Below are positions 9,676 through 19,210 of a stretch of DNA of 52,603 nucleotides, piece after piece (the stretch's first letter is position 1; each line of letters begins with the position of its first letter). The DNA comes from a virus (lineage: Duplodnaviria > Caudoviricetes): the IMG/VR virus record IMGVR_UViG_3300021475_000018, positions 1-52,603 of that record. One strand, 5' to 3'. The notes under the pieces are model-generated. The model was not told where the DNA came from. It made no database searches and was given only the letters and a program-made list of their open reading frames with translations. The position numbers were made by a program, and so were the translations under genes.

Positions 9676-10275
9676 GTGACGTATACGCCGTCAACCGATC
9701 TTCTCGCGCTGTTGCGGAATACGGCGAACGGCGAACGCGTAACCAGTGTCCCCGGGCTCGATTGGGTTGTTGCTGCGCTTGCGCGCGCCGGTTTGATTAC
9801 TTTGGTTGTGAGCCAAACTGCGCCGACTGTTAATCAAGCAATTACGGCGTGGTTTAAACCAAATATTCCCTCATGGACCGCCGAAGGTGTTTTGTTTTTG
9901 TGGAACGGCACAGCATACGCGCCAGCCACGCCCGCATTGTGGAACCAAGTCATAAGTTCCAGCGGCTCGGCGACGCTGAACTATGTTACGATAAATGCAC
10001 TCGGAACCGGTGCATACGCTGCACAGCCAGCCGATGACGTGATTTTGATTAAGTCAGGTGTAGGCGCACCGTTCACGGTAAACGTTGACTGGAGTGCGCG
10101 CACAAAGAAGCTAACCGTTGTTGACAGCGGATTGGGTGCTTTGGCGAACAACATCACCATTGTACCTAAAGCGGGCCAGACGCAAATGGGCACGTTGAAT
10201 TATCAGTACCCCATCGACAGCAACGGCGGAAGTATCACACTCACGCCACTACCGGACGGTTCGGGAGCCTACTAG
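9676..10275 (+). CDS. fibre anchor/adapter protein (paralog family A)
   Basis: N-terminal ~90 aa shared with the 14647 and 15801 proteins (YxPSTDxLxLLRN...GLDWVVAALARAGLI...AEGVLxLWN). Confidence 0.65.
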   Translation: MTYTPSTDLLALLRNTANGERVTSVPGLDWVVAALARAGLITLVVSQTAPTVNQAITAWFKPNIPSWTAEGVLFLWNGTAYAPATPALWNQVISSSGSATLNYVTINALGTGAYAAQPADDVILIKSGVGAPFTVNVDWSARTKKLTVVDSGLGALANNITIVPKAGQTQMGTLNYQYPIDSNGGSITLTPLPDGSGAY

Positions 10276-11876
10276 TGAAAAAGCTTTGTTATATCGCCGT
10301 TGCATTGTTGGCGTTCATCGCGCCGGCAACAGCGCAGGTTAACCCCGGCACGTCGCCGCTGTCAATTGCTAAGGGCGGCACCGCGGCGAACACGCGCGCG
10401 GGTGCGGCGATGAATATTCTTCCTGCGTTCACGGGTGACGTGACAAGCAGTTTGGGTGGGTTTGTACTCACGCTTGCAATTGTGAACAGCAATGTCGGTT
10501 CTTTTGGCTCCGCGACGCAATGCGTGAGTTTCACAACGAACGCCAAAGGTTTGATTACGGCCGCTGCCGTGGTGACATGCACGCCGGGCATCGCGGCCGT
10601 TACCGGGCTTGGGACGAACGTTGCTACGGTGCTTGGTGCTGCCGCCAACGGTTCCGGTGGCGTCGTTGCCCCGACACCAACGCGAGCCGGGGACGTCGTT
10701 TATTGGAACGGAACAACGTGGGTCACGCTAGCAGGCAACAATTCTGGAACGAACGTCCTGCAAGAAACTTCGGCCGGCGTGCCGTCTTGGGTTGCTGCTT
10801 CTGGCGGCGGTACGATGCTGAGCTTGACGCCCGGCGGCGGCTTGGTGTCTTCAGTCACCGCAGCATGTTCGCAAACTGCGGTGACCACAAGCGGTACGTT
10901 TTCGGCTGCGCATTGCATCAACGCGCAAAGCGGGACTTCGTACGCTATTCAAGATAGCGACCGCGCAAAAACTATCATTGCCAACAACGCTGCGGCTCAG
11001 GCGTACGCTATCGCGCAAGCAGGTGCCGCTTCTGCGTTCCAATCAGGCTGGTATACCGATATTCAAAACAGTTCGGTTAACGCCGCAGCCATAGTCACCA
11101 TCACTGCTTCAACTTCGCAATTGTGTGCACAAGGAACGTGCGCACCTACGTACAAAATACTACCCGGACAGTTTGCGCGTATTTCATCGGACGGTACGAA
11201 CTACCAAGTTACAATGAACCCGGCGCTAAAAGCGCAGACAAGGCAAGTATTTCTTTCGGGTACCGGCGCTACGTATACGACGCCAACGCCGGCACCGCTC
11301 TATGATGTTATTCGCATGCAGGGCGGCGGTGCCGGCGGCGGCGGTTCGGGCACTGGTGGCGGCGCTGGTACGGTTGGAAATGCAAGCTCCGTTGTCGTGA
11401 GCAGCACCACCATTACCGCAGGCGGCGGCGGTGCGGGTTCGGCGGGCGGCGGTTCGGCATCGGGGGGTACTAATACCAACTGTACGACTGGGATTGTTGC
11501 CGCCGTTACAAGCGCAGTTGGGTATTCAGGCGGAGCCAGCGGTGCGGCTTCCGGGGGAACCAACATTCCGGGCGGAGCCGGTGGGAGTACGTCAACGGGC
11601 GCGGGCGGCGGCGGTGGCAGCACTTCGCCCGGCGCGGGCGGCCCCGGCGCCACGAACAGCGGCGGAGGCGGTGGCGGTGCGGGTGATGGGTCTGTGGGTC
11701 CGTCAGGCAGCGGCGGCGCGGGCGGCGCTTATTGCGAGCTGGTAATATCGCCCGTACCTGCAACTATGACGTACACTGTCGGGGCCACGGCGGCTGCCGG
11801 CTCCGCAGGTACTAGCGGCGCAGCCGGTGGTGTCGGCGCTGCTGGGGATATTATCTTTGAGGAACACTATCAATGA
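10275..11876 (+). CDS. glycine-rich tail-fibre-like protein with signal peptide
   Basis: PLSIAKGGT fibre motif; C-terminal Gly-rich domain (GGGAGGG...GDIIFEEHY); N-terminal ATA|Q signal. Confidence 0.7.
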   Translation: MKKLCYIAVALLAFIAPATAQVNPGTSPLSIAKGGTAANTRAGAAMNILPAFTGDVTSSLGGFVLTLAIVNSNVGSFGSATQCVSFTTNAKGLITAAAVVTCTPGIAAVTGLGTNVATVLGAAANGSGGVVAPTPTRAGDVVYWNGTTWVTLAGNNSGTNVLQETSAGVPSWVAASGGGTMLSLTPGGGLVSSVTAACSQTAVTTSGTFSAAHCINAQSGTSYAIQDSDRAKTIIANNAAAQAYAIAQAGAASAFQSGWYTDIQNSSVNAAAIVTITASTSQLCAQGTCAPTYKILPGQFARISSDGTNYQVTMNPALKAQTRQVFLSGTGATYTTPTPAPLYDVIRMQGGGAGGGGSGTGGGAGTVGNASSVVVSSTTITAGGGGAGSAGGGSASGGTNTNCTTGIVAAVTSAVGYSGGASGAASGGTNIPGGAGGSTSTGAGGGGGSTSPGAGGPGATNSGGGGGGAGDGSVGPSGSGGAGGAYCELVISPVPATMTYTVGATAAAGSAGTSGAAGGVGAAGDIIFEEHYQ

Positions 11877-12172
11877 TGCCGGACCCAAAAGTAAGGTGCC
11901 CCGCAACAGCCTTCACGCGCACATGCCGTGAAATCCTGGGGGAGTGCGACTGTCCGAAATTCGTCAGTGTCAAGGGCCACGACCCGCAAACCGGCGCCGT
12001 TGTTGATCGGCATGGTTGCGTGGACAGCTTCTTGCCGCTACTATTGATTGAAAATGCTCAGGTGTCGCGGCAAACTGGCGCGGCTGTCGAAAGCCTGCGT
12101 AACGAAATTGTCAAGAGTGCTGAAGATCGGCAGGTTGCGCTCGCAGCGGCTCAGCAACGATTTCTGAGGTAA
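11873..12172 (+). CDS. Cys-rich fibre-associated phage protein
   Basis: CP...C...C.C..F...G.DPQTG...GC...LPLLLIEN...TGAAVESLRNE pattern, typically found after podovirus fibre genes. Confidence 0.65.
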   Translation: MMPDPKVRCPATAFTRTCREILGECDCPKFVSVKGHDPQTGAVVDRHGCVDSFLPLLLIENAQVSRQTGAAVESLRNEIVKSAEDRQVALAAAQQRFLR

Positions 12173-12178
12173 AGAGTC

Positions 12179-12469
12179 ATGCAAATCTATAACCGGGGAA
12201 CGACAGTGCATCACCACCTTGACACCCTTAACTGGCCGGTGCTGGGCGTGAACGCCGCTGTTTTACCGTGGTTGAACGATCTGTGGACTTACGTTCCGGC
12301 TCCCACAGCGATCTACATGATTGTGTCGGCGGCCTTTATGTTGTTCCAGATGTCTGATAAGCTGGGCTTGCTGCACCGTTTCAAGCGGCACGCACCGGAG
12401 ACGGCAGAAGATCGGCGGGCAACTTCCATCATCAAGGAGCTGCCGGATGTCCCACAACAGGAGCACTGA
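12179..12469 (+). CDS. small membrane protein (holin-like?)
   Basis: Two hydrophobic segments and a charged C-terminus. Confidence 0.45.
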   Translation: MQIYNRGTTVHHHLDTLNWPVLGVNAAVLPWLNDLWTYVPAPTAIYMIVSAAFMLFQMSDKLGLLHRFKRHAPETAEDRRATSIIKELPDVPQQEH

Positions 12470-12472
12470 GCG

Positions 12473-12802
12473 ATGACTGCTTTCAAAGGCCACAAGACGG
12501 GCTTCAATCCCAAGGGCAGCAACGCATGCGTGCCCAACGAAATGGGTCCGCCAACGACGAAGTTCAACGGGCGCCCTGCGGTGCCGGCTGGACCGCTGAA
12601 GCGCTACCCGGGCGCGGCTGCGGACATTTCGAACGGCAATCGTCGGCTCGCGAAGGCCAACCATGGCGAAGGCGATGGCAGCGGCGTGACTTTCAGCGGC
12701 GCCCCCAGCGGCTTCAAGAATACCGGAGGAATGTCCAGCGGTCGCAAGCCTGGGGGTATGGGCGGCAAGCGCAGCAAGGATATGTCGGACAATCGGAAAT
12801 AA
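12473..12802 (+). CDS. Gly/Lys-rich disordered protein
   Basis: GGAG RBS; low-complexity and basic. Confidence 0.6.
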   Translation: MTAFKGHKTGFNPKGSNACVPNEMGPPTTKFNGRPAVPAGPLKRYPGAAADISNGNRRLAKANHGEGDGSGVTFSGAPSGFKNTGGMSSGRKPGGMGGKRSKDMSDNRK

Positions 12803-12807
12803 CGACG

Positions 12808-13020
12808 ATGGGCAAAGACGCGAAGGGCCACGGTTCTGCTGCTCGCGGCGGCCGGCAAACAAAAATGACCGCCATGCGTTTTGAACACGCGGCCCGTACG
12901 GGCGTGCTTGGTTCAAAGTTCAAGTCGAAAGCGGTGCGTAGCGGTAAGCAGGCGAAGATGACGAAACTAAGATCGTCGTTTCGTTTCAACGCTGCGTTAA
13001 AGTCGCCACGTTCGAAGTAG
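12808..13020 (+). CDS. small highly basic protein
   Basis: MGKDAKGHGS...; K/R-rich. Confidence 0.5.
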   Translation: MGKDAKGHGSAARGGRQTKMTAMRFEHAARTGVLGSKFKSKAVRSGKQAKMTKLRSSFRFNAALKSPRSK

Positions 13021-13032
13021 AAGGGAACTTAC

Positions 13033-13446
13033 GTGTTCTATCGCCCAGGCGGCACGGCCAAAGCGCCCAATCGTCAGTACGATACGGTCTATGCCGACAC
13101 CATCGGCATGGCTACCGATTGGCTGCCGATCAACAAGGGCGATACGATCGCGGTCAACATCGCGCGCGCCTCCATCGTGTTCGCGAGCGCTGCGCAGAGC
13201 ACGGTGACCGCGACGCCGTTCGCGCCGGAAATGAGCGTAGTTATGGAACTGGCCGTTTTGGGCGGCGCGGCTCCGATCAAGTTTCCAATCGATAACTGGG
13301 AAAACGTAGTCGTTGCTACGTCACGTCGGGCGCATCGCGCGGGTTTTGTACGGTTGAAGATTTTGAACATCAATAACGGCGACGGTACGGGCCTTTTGAT
13401 GGGCTTGCAAATCAGCCGTACGGGCGAGAGCGGAGCGGTGACATGA
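13033..13446 (+). CDS. putative virion protein
   Basis: Beta-rich ORF in the structural cluster. Confidence 0.6.
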   Translation: MFYRPGGTAKAPNRQYDTVYADTIGMATDWLPINKGDTIAVNIARASIVFASAAQSTVTATPFAPEMSVVMELAVLGGAAPIKFPIDNWENVVVATSRRAHRAGFVRLKILNINNGDGTGLLMGLQISRTGESGAVT

Positions 13447-13592
13447 ACGAACAAGAAATTCGAGCTTGCGTGATGCATGTTCGCGGCGCCATAGCGAACA
13501 ACGACGAAAAGGCAGCGTTGGATGCGATTGAAATCCACAAGGATTTCAATCGCATCGCCGATGCGCTCGAAAAGATGGCGAGCAAGGGGTAG
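13443..13592 (+). CDS. 49-aa hypothetical protein
   Basis: ATGA overlap; MNEQEIRACVMHVRG...RIADALEKMASKG. Confidence 0.45.
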   Translation: MNEQEIRACVMHVRGAIANNDEKAALDAIEIHKDFNRIADALEKMASKG

Positions 13593-13595
13593 CGC

Positions 13596-14225
13596 GTGGG
13601 CGGTTTCGACAACGGGTCAATTCAAGGCGGCGTCTTTTTTCAGGCCAAGCAATTCGGCTCGGTATTGCGCGGCGCCGGCCCGCCCGTGCCCCAATCCGGC
13701 GTTGTCGGCGACGTCTATATCGATACGCAGTCATGGTTTTTGTACGCCAAGCGGAGCGCAGATAATACGGACCCTTGGGGGCACTATTTGTTTCAAGTGC
13801 CCGTGACGTACCGTACGGCGCTGAAGTGGTTTAGCGCATCCGCGCCGGATAGCAGCATAGGCGTGCCCGGGGACTACTGCTTACTTTGGAGCGGCTGGTC
13901 TAACTACGGCATGCAGCCTTCGATCTACGGACCGAAGCAAGCCGCGGGATGGCCCGAAAACGGCAATGGCGGCACTGTTCCGATCGCAGCCGCGGGCGCC
14001 GGAACTGTGTTGCCAGTCGGTTTGCTGGACGAAGGGGCGCCGTTGACGTACAGCACGTCAACGCAGTTGATCGCAGTTGGTTTGGCGGATGAATTTATCC
14101 TCGCTGTTCCGGTTACTGCGGCTGCCGGCGACCCAGTAACGCAGCAAGGATTGCAGTCCGGACCGGCTGCGGTCGCCGTCGTGCTCAATCCGCTGTACAC
14201 CGCCCAGGACGGTCATGGTGTTTAA
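13596..14225 (+). CDS. fibre-associated virion protein (paralog family B)
   Basis: Highly similar to 14229-14657 (GFDNG..QGGVFFQ.KQFGS, DPWGHYLFQVP, LNPLYTA). Confidence 0.65.
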   Translation: MGGFDNGSIQGGVFFQAKQFGSVLRGAGPPVPQSGVVGDVYIDTQSWFLYAKRSADNTDPWGHYLFQVPVTYRTALKWFSASAPDSSIGVPGDYCLLWSGWSNYGMQPSIYGPKQAAGWPENGNGGTVPIAAAGAGTVLPVGLLDEGAPLTYSTSTQLIAVGLADEFILAVPVTAAAGDPVTQQGLQSGPAAVAVVLNPLYTAQDGHGV

Positions 14226-14228
14226 ACG

Positions 14229-14657
14229 ATGTCCGGCTTTGACAACGGGACACTTCAAGGCGGTGTCTTCTTCCAATCGAAACAATTTGGTTCGATTATT
14301 CGCGGTTTAGGTCCGCCCGGGCCGGCTGCCGGCGTACAAGGTGATCTGTACATCGATGTCTTGTTGTGGTTCCTGTACGCCAAGCGCGCAATTGACGACA
14401 CAGACCCGTGGGGTCACTACCTGTTTCAAGTGCCCGCGACGTACCAAGCGCAGCTCAAGTGGTTCGGCAATTCCATACCGACGAATGATGTCGGCATCAA
14501 CGGCGATTACTGTTTGATCTGGGGCGGCTATCCGAACTACGGTCTGCAACCTTCAATCCTCGGTCCGAAAGCCGCGGGTGCATGGCCGGGCTCGCCCAAC
14601 GCGGTCGCTGTGACGTTGAACCCGCTGTACACGGCGGAGGACACGCATGGTTTATAA
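14229..14657 (+). CDS. fibre-associated virion protein (paralog family B, short)
   Basis: Tandem paralog of 13596-14225 lacking a ~65-aa internal segment. Confidence 0.65.
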   Translation: MSGFDNGTLQGGVFFQSKQFGSIIRGLGPPGPAAGVQGDLYIDVLLWFLYAKRAIDDTDPWGHYLFQVPATYQAQLKWFGNSIPTNDVGINGDYCLIWGGYPNYGLQPSILGPKAAGAWPGSPNAVAVTLNPLYTAEDTHGL

Positions 14658-15801
14658 CCCAGCAACAGACTTTCTCGCACTTTGGCGCAACATCGCTGGC
14701 GTCGTCTCCAAGGTAGAAATGCCGGGGCTCGATTACGTTGTCGCCGCGCTCGCGCGTGCCGGCGTGATCACGCTGTCTGTTTCAGCGACCGCGCCAGTCG
14801 TCAGTCAGTCGACGACGGCATGGCTGCAAACGGCTGTCCCAAGTAATTCGGCCGAAGGCGTATTGTTTCTGTGGAACGCGGTCACAAGCGCGTACGTACC
14901 CGCTACGGCCGCGTTATTTCTCGATCTTTTGGAGGCATCGGCCGGGCAAAGTGGCGTCTCATGGTGGACTTCAGTCGGTGGGCCGCCACTTAATACAGTC
15001 GGCAATAACGGTGATTTTGCTGTCCGTACAGACGAACCAAACGGCATTTACGGCCCGAAAGCCTTGGGCGTGTGGCCCGCCTCTCCGCTGCCCGGCACCG
15101 CTGACGTACTCACGAGCAGTGCGCTTGACAACACGTTCGGCGCAACGGAGGGCGAGCTAGTCTACCGCGGCCCGCTTTTATGGCAAGGGCTCGGCATCGG
15201 CGCCGCCGGGACAGTCTTGACGCCTTCCGGCGGTGTGCCTGCATGGGAAGCACTGTCCGCGCTGCTTGACGCCGTGTTCGGCAACGTGCAGGGCGATATT
15301 TTGTACCGGGACACTGCCGCATGGAAGACGCTTGCCCCGGGTGTGGCGGGCACGGTTTTGACTACCGGGGGTGCGGGCGCCGACCCGTCGTGGCTGTCGT
15401 CGCCGTCCACCTTTCCATCCGGCACAGTCATGCTGTTTCAACAGACCGCGGCCCCCGTGGGCTGGACAAAGCAAACGGCTTTCAATGACTACGGCTTGCG
15501 CGTGGTGTCTGGCGCGGTCGGTTCGACGCCGGGCACCGCTTTTAGCACCGTGTTTGCGCAAACTTCAGTTGGCAATACGGCGCTGAATGCCTCGCAGATA
15601 CCCGCGCATACGCATCCAGTTAGCGCGTTGCAATTCAACACGACGGATAACGGCACCATCGCTGCGATCGGGTACTATTCCAATTCTGGCGGTGCCGGCG
15701 GCGTTGTTACGGATAACAATACAGGCGGAGGCGGTGCGCATAATCACTCGGTCAGCTTGGCTCTGTCGTACGTCGATATGATACTTGCGAGCAAGAACTA
15801 A
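14647..15801 (+). CDS. tail fibre protein with collar-like C-terminal domain
   Basis: Family A N-terminus; repeated GD/ELxYR..W..L..G..G.VLT units; FPSGT.MLF.QT.AP.GWTK, IPAHTH and AHNH motifs. Confidence 0.75.
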   Translation: MVYNPATDFLALWRNIAGVVSKVEMPGLDYVVAALARAGVITLSVSATAPVVSQSTTAWLQTAVPSNSAEGVLFLWNAVTSAYVPATAALFLDLLEASAGQSGVSWWTSVGGPPLNTVGNNGDFAVRTDEPNGIYGPKALGVWPASPLPGTADVLTSSALDNTFGATEGELVYRGPLLWQGLGIGAAGTVLTPSGGVPAWEALSALLDAVFGNVQGDILYRDTAAWKTLAPGVAGTVLTTGGAGADPSWLSSPSTFPSGTVMLFQQTAAPVGWTKQTAFNDYGLRVVSGAVGSTPGTAFSTVFAQTSVGNTALNASQIPAHTHPVSALQFNTTDNGTIAAIGYYSNSGGAGGVVTDNNTGGGGAHNHSVSLALSYVDMILASKN

Positions 15802-16409
15802 TGTACAACCCGTCAACCGATTTTCTTTCGTTGCTGCGAAATACAGGCAGTGGCAAAAGCGTGCTCAACATGCCGGGGTTGGATTGGACCGTTGCAGCGC
15901 TCGCTCGCGCGGGTCTTATCAACTTATCGGTTGGGCAAACCGCGCCAATGGTCAATCAGCCGACTACGGCATGGTTTAAACCATCGCAACCGTCATGGGT
16001 TGCAGAAGGCGTGCTTTACTTGTGGAACGCCAGCGCGGCTCAGTACCAAGTTGCTACGCCGTCACTGTGGCAGGCTGCGCTTTCCGGTACGAACAGTTAC
16101 GCATTCCAATCGGCGAAGTCTGCATCGAACCTCGTTAATGCGGGAACGACATTGTTGGCAATCCAACGTGCAGGGCCGTCTGCGACGACGCTTATACTCC
16201 CGCCGCTTAATCAGCGCATTGCAGGCCAGCTTTTGAAGGTCGTCGATTGGTCAACAGCGGTTGTCAATCATGCCGTAACCATCACGACTACGGATGGTTC
16301 GTCAATCATGCAAGAAACTTCTTGGGGCTTGCTATCGACGGCTGTACAACTTGCCGGTATTGGTTTATACCCGTCTCCTGATCTCAATGGGTGGGTCATT
16401 GCACCATGA
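15801..16409 (+). CDS. fibre anchor/adapter protein (paralog family A)
   Basis: Full-length paralog of 9676-10275. Confidence 0.65.
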   Translation: MYNPSTDFLSLLRNTGSGKSVLNMPGLDWTVAALARAGLINLSVGQTAPMVNQPTTAWFKPSQPSWVAEGVLYLWNASAAQYQVATPSLWQAALSGTNSYAFQSAKSASNLVNAGTTLLAIQRAGPSATTLILPPLNQRIAGQLLKVVDWSTAVVNHAVTITTTDGSSIMQETSWGLLSTAVQLAGIGLYPSPDLNGWVIAP

Positions 16410-17944
16410 AATTTGGAAAACTCGAAGTTGTTCTTTTTGTACTCTTCAATATGTTGGTTGCTTCGCCTGCGATTGGGCAGTGGCAGACGCCCGCGCACTC
16501 TGTCCCTATCGGACAGGGCGCCGGCATCACCGGCTTCGGCAGTGCGGGCCCGGCTGCCGCGGGCGTTCCGTTTGTCGGTAGCGGACCTACATCGGACCCG
16601 GTATTCGCGCCGCTTAATTTGGGTACGGCGGTAACTGGTAATATCATAACTTCGGCTGTGGGCTGCGTGAGCGCTACGCCATGCGTCGGGGATAGCGGCA
16701 TCGCTGCCGCGAACGGTACAATGACCTTCACCAAAAACAGCCTGACTTCATTGACATTCCACGACGCAGTAAGTTCGCCAGACACGGGCACATTCGGTAC
16801 GGCGCAATCCGTACAATGCGACCCGGGTTACATCATGACGGGCGGCCCGGGCCCCGGACCTTGTACGCAGCTAGGCTTTACGCCAAATCCCAGTAGCGTA
16901 TGGAGCGCGTTGCTTCTAGGGGGCTTCAATGCGCGTGCCGTCATGGGCTCGTACGGCGGTGTCGAAAACCCTGAAATAATCTGCGCCGACACGAACGTTT
17001 TTGGAGTGCAGATCGGCAATGGCGGTAACCAATCAGGTTGCGGATATCTCGGCGCCGCGCGGATCGGCGCCGGCTCCCCGGTGTCTTTCAACATGACCGC
17101 TGGAGGCTTTCCTCAGACTAGCGTCACGGCTTCGTTTGTCACGGGCAGCGGTAACGGCAAGATGACAGTTACGGCGCAATCAGGTTCGCCGATCGTTTTC
17201 GGGGAGACTTTCGTCGGGGCTGGAATTACTGCTCTTAACCCGCATGGTGCGCAAATCACTGGCACCGCCGCAATAGGTTCGGGGAACTGCTCCCCAGCGT
17301 GCACGGGTACCGGTGGCGTCGGCACCTACGCGGTCAATATCAACTCGGCGATCGGCTCGGAAACCATGATTGGCGGCCCTTCCGGCGCTGAAAATTCGAT
17401 GACGCTGGATTTGTGGGGTTTTTCGCTCGCGGGTGACACACAGAATGGTGTTTTCGTTTTCAGCGGCTCGCAAGTTGCGGCGTGGGGTAATTCGCCCGGG
17501 GGTGCGTCGCCGGCCGGCAGTCGCAATGGCGAATTCGCTGGTACGGGCATGGCGGGAGACGGACTGTACACACAAACGGAAACCGGCAGCCGTAATTTTT
17601 ATTTTGACGTAGGCTGTACGGGCACGCACACGGACGGTTCTTATCAGTGTGCCAATAACGATGTTGGGCGGCTTGCGCCGAACGCAATCGCTCCGGAACG
17701 CGTCACCAACGTATTTGATAGTGCGGGTAACCTTTTGCTTGGCGCCAATGGGAGCAGTGCTGGTTTCGCTGCGTTCGGCAACACGATAACCGGGCAAACC
17801 AGCAATTCGTTGGTATTCTATCCAGCTTCAGGCAACCCGACAGGCAACCCGCCATCTGGCGGAGGTTTGCTTTACACGCTCGGCGGTGCTTTGAAGTACA
17901 AATCCGGCGTGGGGACCGTTACCACTATTGTAGCGGGACCGTAG
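16406..17944 (+). CDS. Gly/Ser/Thr-rich fibre/adhesin-like protein with signal peptide and 10 Cys
   Basis: ATGA coupling at 16406; MKFGK-hydrophobic-AIG|Q; C-terminal PSGGGLLY..GGALKYK.G.GTVTTI fibre-tip-like motif. Confidence 0.7.
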   Translation: MKFGKLEVVLFVLFNMLVASPAIGQWQTPAHSVPIGQGAGITGFGSAGPAAAGVPFVGSGPTSDPVFAPLNLGTAVTGNIITSAVGCVSATPCVGDSGIAAANGTMTFTKNSLTSLTFHDAVSSPDTGTFGTAQSVQCDPGYIMTGGPGPGPCTQLGFTPNPSSVWSALLLGGFNARAVMGSYGGVENPEIICADTNVFGVQIGNGGNQSGCGYLGAARIGAGSPVSFNMTAGGFPQTSVTASFVTGSGNGKMTVTAQSGSPIVFGETFVGAGITALNPHGAQITGTAAIGSGNCSPACTGTGGVGTYAVNINSAIGSETMIGGPSGAENSMTLDLWGFSLAGDTQNGVFVFSGSQVAAWGNSPGGASPAGSRNGEFAGTGMAGDGLYTQTETGSRNFYFDVGCTGTHTDGSYQCANNDVGRLAPNAIAPERVTNVFDSAGNLLLGANGSSAGFAAFGNTITGQTSNSLVFYPASGNPTGNPPSGGGLLYTLGGALKYKSGVGTVTTIVAGP

Positions 17945-17945
17945 T

Positions 17946-18395
17946 ATGAAGATTTTGCTTTCCACGCTTTTCATAATCGCCGTGATGACTTCAGCCGTGG
18001 CCCAAACCGCCGCGCAAAAACAGCAGCTCTTAGAAGATCGAAAGTTCTTCGGCTTTGGCGATTGTCGTACGCGTCGTGAAGACCCCCGGATACTCGATAC
18101 CCCAGATGATATCAAAGTGCGCGACATTGTTGATGCGCGCATAGGCAGCCGCATCGACCGGCAACGCGTGGCTCAGGGCGGCATTGCCGATAATCCGATC
18201 ATAACTGCCGCCGATATCGAGCTGCATCGCACCGCGCTCGCGTTAATCCGTACGTGGGCTTTGATGCTTCCGGAAAGCCGCGTACGGCAAACGTACCTAT
18301 GCGTGGTGCAAATATACGTACGTGACCTTGACGAAGCCGCGGACGAACTGGTAACGCATAGGCTGCAAAAACAGGTAGCACCCTCGAAAGGTTAG
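17946..18395 (+). CDS. signal-peptide-bearing helical protein
   Basis: MKILLSTLFIIAVMTSAVA|Q. Confidence 0.6.
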   Translation: MKILLSTLFIIAVMTSAVAQTAAQKQQLLEDRKFFGFGDCRTRREDPRILDTPDDIKVRDIVDARIGSRIDRQRVAQGGIADNPIITAADIELHRTALALIRTWALMLPESRVRQTYLCVVQIYVRDLDEAADELVTHRLQKQVAPSKG

Positions 18396-18398
18396 CTC

Positions 18399-18692
18399 AT
18401 GTTCCACCGCATTGCCGTTATTTCGCTGCTCGTCATCGCACCCGCATTCGCTCAACAACCGGTCGCGACGGAAGACCCGGTTGTCAAGGCAGATAGCTAC
18501 TGGCAGCGCTACCACGCACAGCGCGAAGCAGCGGCAGGCCAGCAAGTAGTTTCGTTGGCGCGTCGCATCGATGATTTGGCCGCTCAGATTGAAATTCTCA
18601 AGGGCGAGCTGGCGGCAAAAGCTTCTTGCGTACTTGCGGTGCCGCAGCCTCCGGAAGCTCCGAAAGTTGACATCCCAGAACCGCCCAAATGA
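18399..18692 (+). CDS. signal-peptide-bearing coiled-coil protein (fibre chaperone or spanin-like?)
   Basis: AFA|Q signal, heptad segment and Pro-rich tail; lies just before the endolysin. Confidence 0.55.
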   Translation: MFHRIAVISLLVIAPAFAQQPVATEDPVVKADSYWQRYHAQREAAAGQQVVSLARRIDDLAAQIEILKGELAAKASCVLAVPQPPEAPKVDIPEPPK

Positions 18693-19210
18693 GTAGCTTT
18701 TACGATACCGTCATCCGCAATTCGAAAGCGTTTCGATCGGACGCCGTGTGCAAAGACATGGCGATGCTAGAGCCCGGTACGCGTGCGGCGGTGCTTGCGC
18801 TGGTAGCTGATGCCAAAGCCGAAGGCATCGATTTGCGGGTGCTGGAAACGTACAGAAGCCAGACTCGGCAAAGCTACCTCTTTACGAAGCACGTTACTCA
18901 GCTACGCATCGTCGGTTGTCACGGGTATGGCGTCGCGGCCGACTTCGGCGTATTCGTGAACGGGGTTTATCAGGAAAAGAACGGTCCGTACGTTTTCCTG
19001 CGCGTACTGGCGCGCAAGCACGGGCTTATCAGCGGACAGGACTGGGGTCATGCGAAAGAGGGCAGCTTCGTTGATAGCGGGCACGTACAGCGCGTTCCCG
19101 TGTGGCGCCAGACAGCGCTGTTCAACAGCTCATGGTATCCTCCGGTCGATTACGACCCGTACAAAGACAGCGTGGCCAACCATCACGCCGACGTGGTAGC
19201 TAAGGTTTGA
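18689..19210 (+). CDS. endolysin, M15 family peptidase
   Basis: LETYRSQTRQ..L, H.YG.AAD and D.GHVQ Zn-ligand motifs. Confidence 0.8.
   Translation: MSSFYDTVIRNSKAFRSDAVCKDMAMLEPGTRAAVLALVADAKAEGIDLRVLETYRSQTRQSYLFTKHVTQLRIVGCHGYGVAADFGVFVNGVYQEKNGPYVFLRVLARKHGLISGQDWGHAKEGSFVDSGHVQRVPVWRQTALFNSSWYPPVDYDPYKDSVANHHADVVAKV

Noticed and set aside
11330-11850. GGC-rich repeats
   Set aside because: Glycine-rich fibre domain coding sequence.
9676-16409. Paralogous repeats as DGR template/variable repeats
   Set aside because: No reverse transcriptase, and divergence is not adenine-specific.
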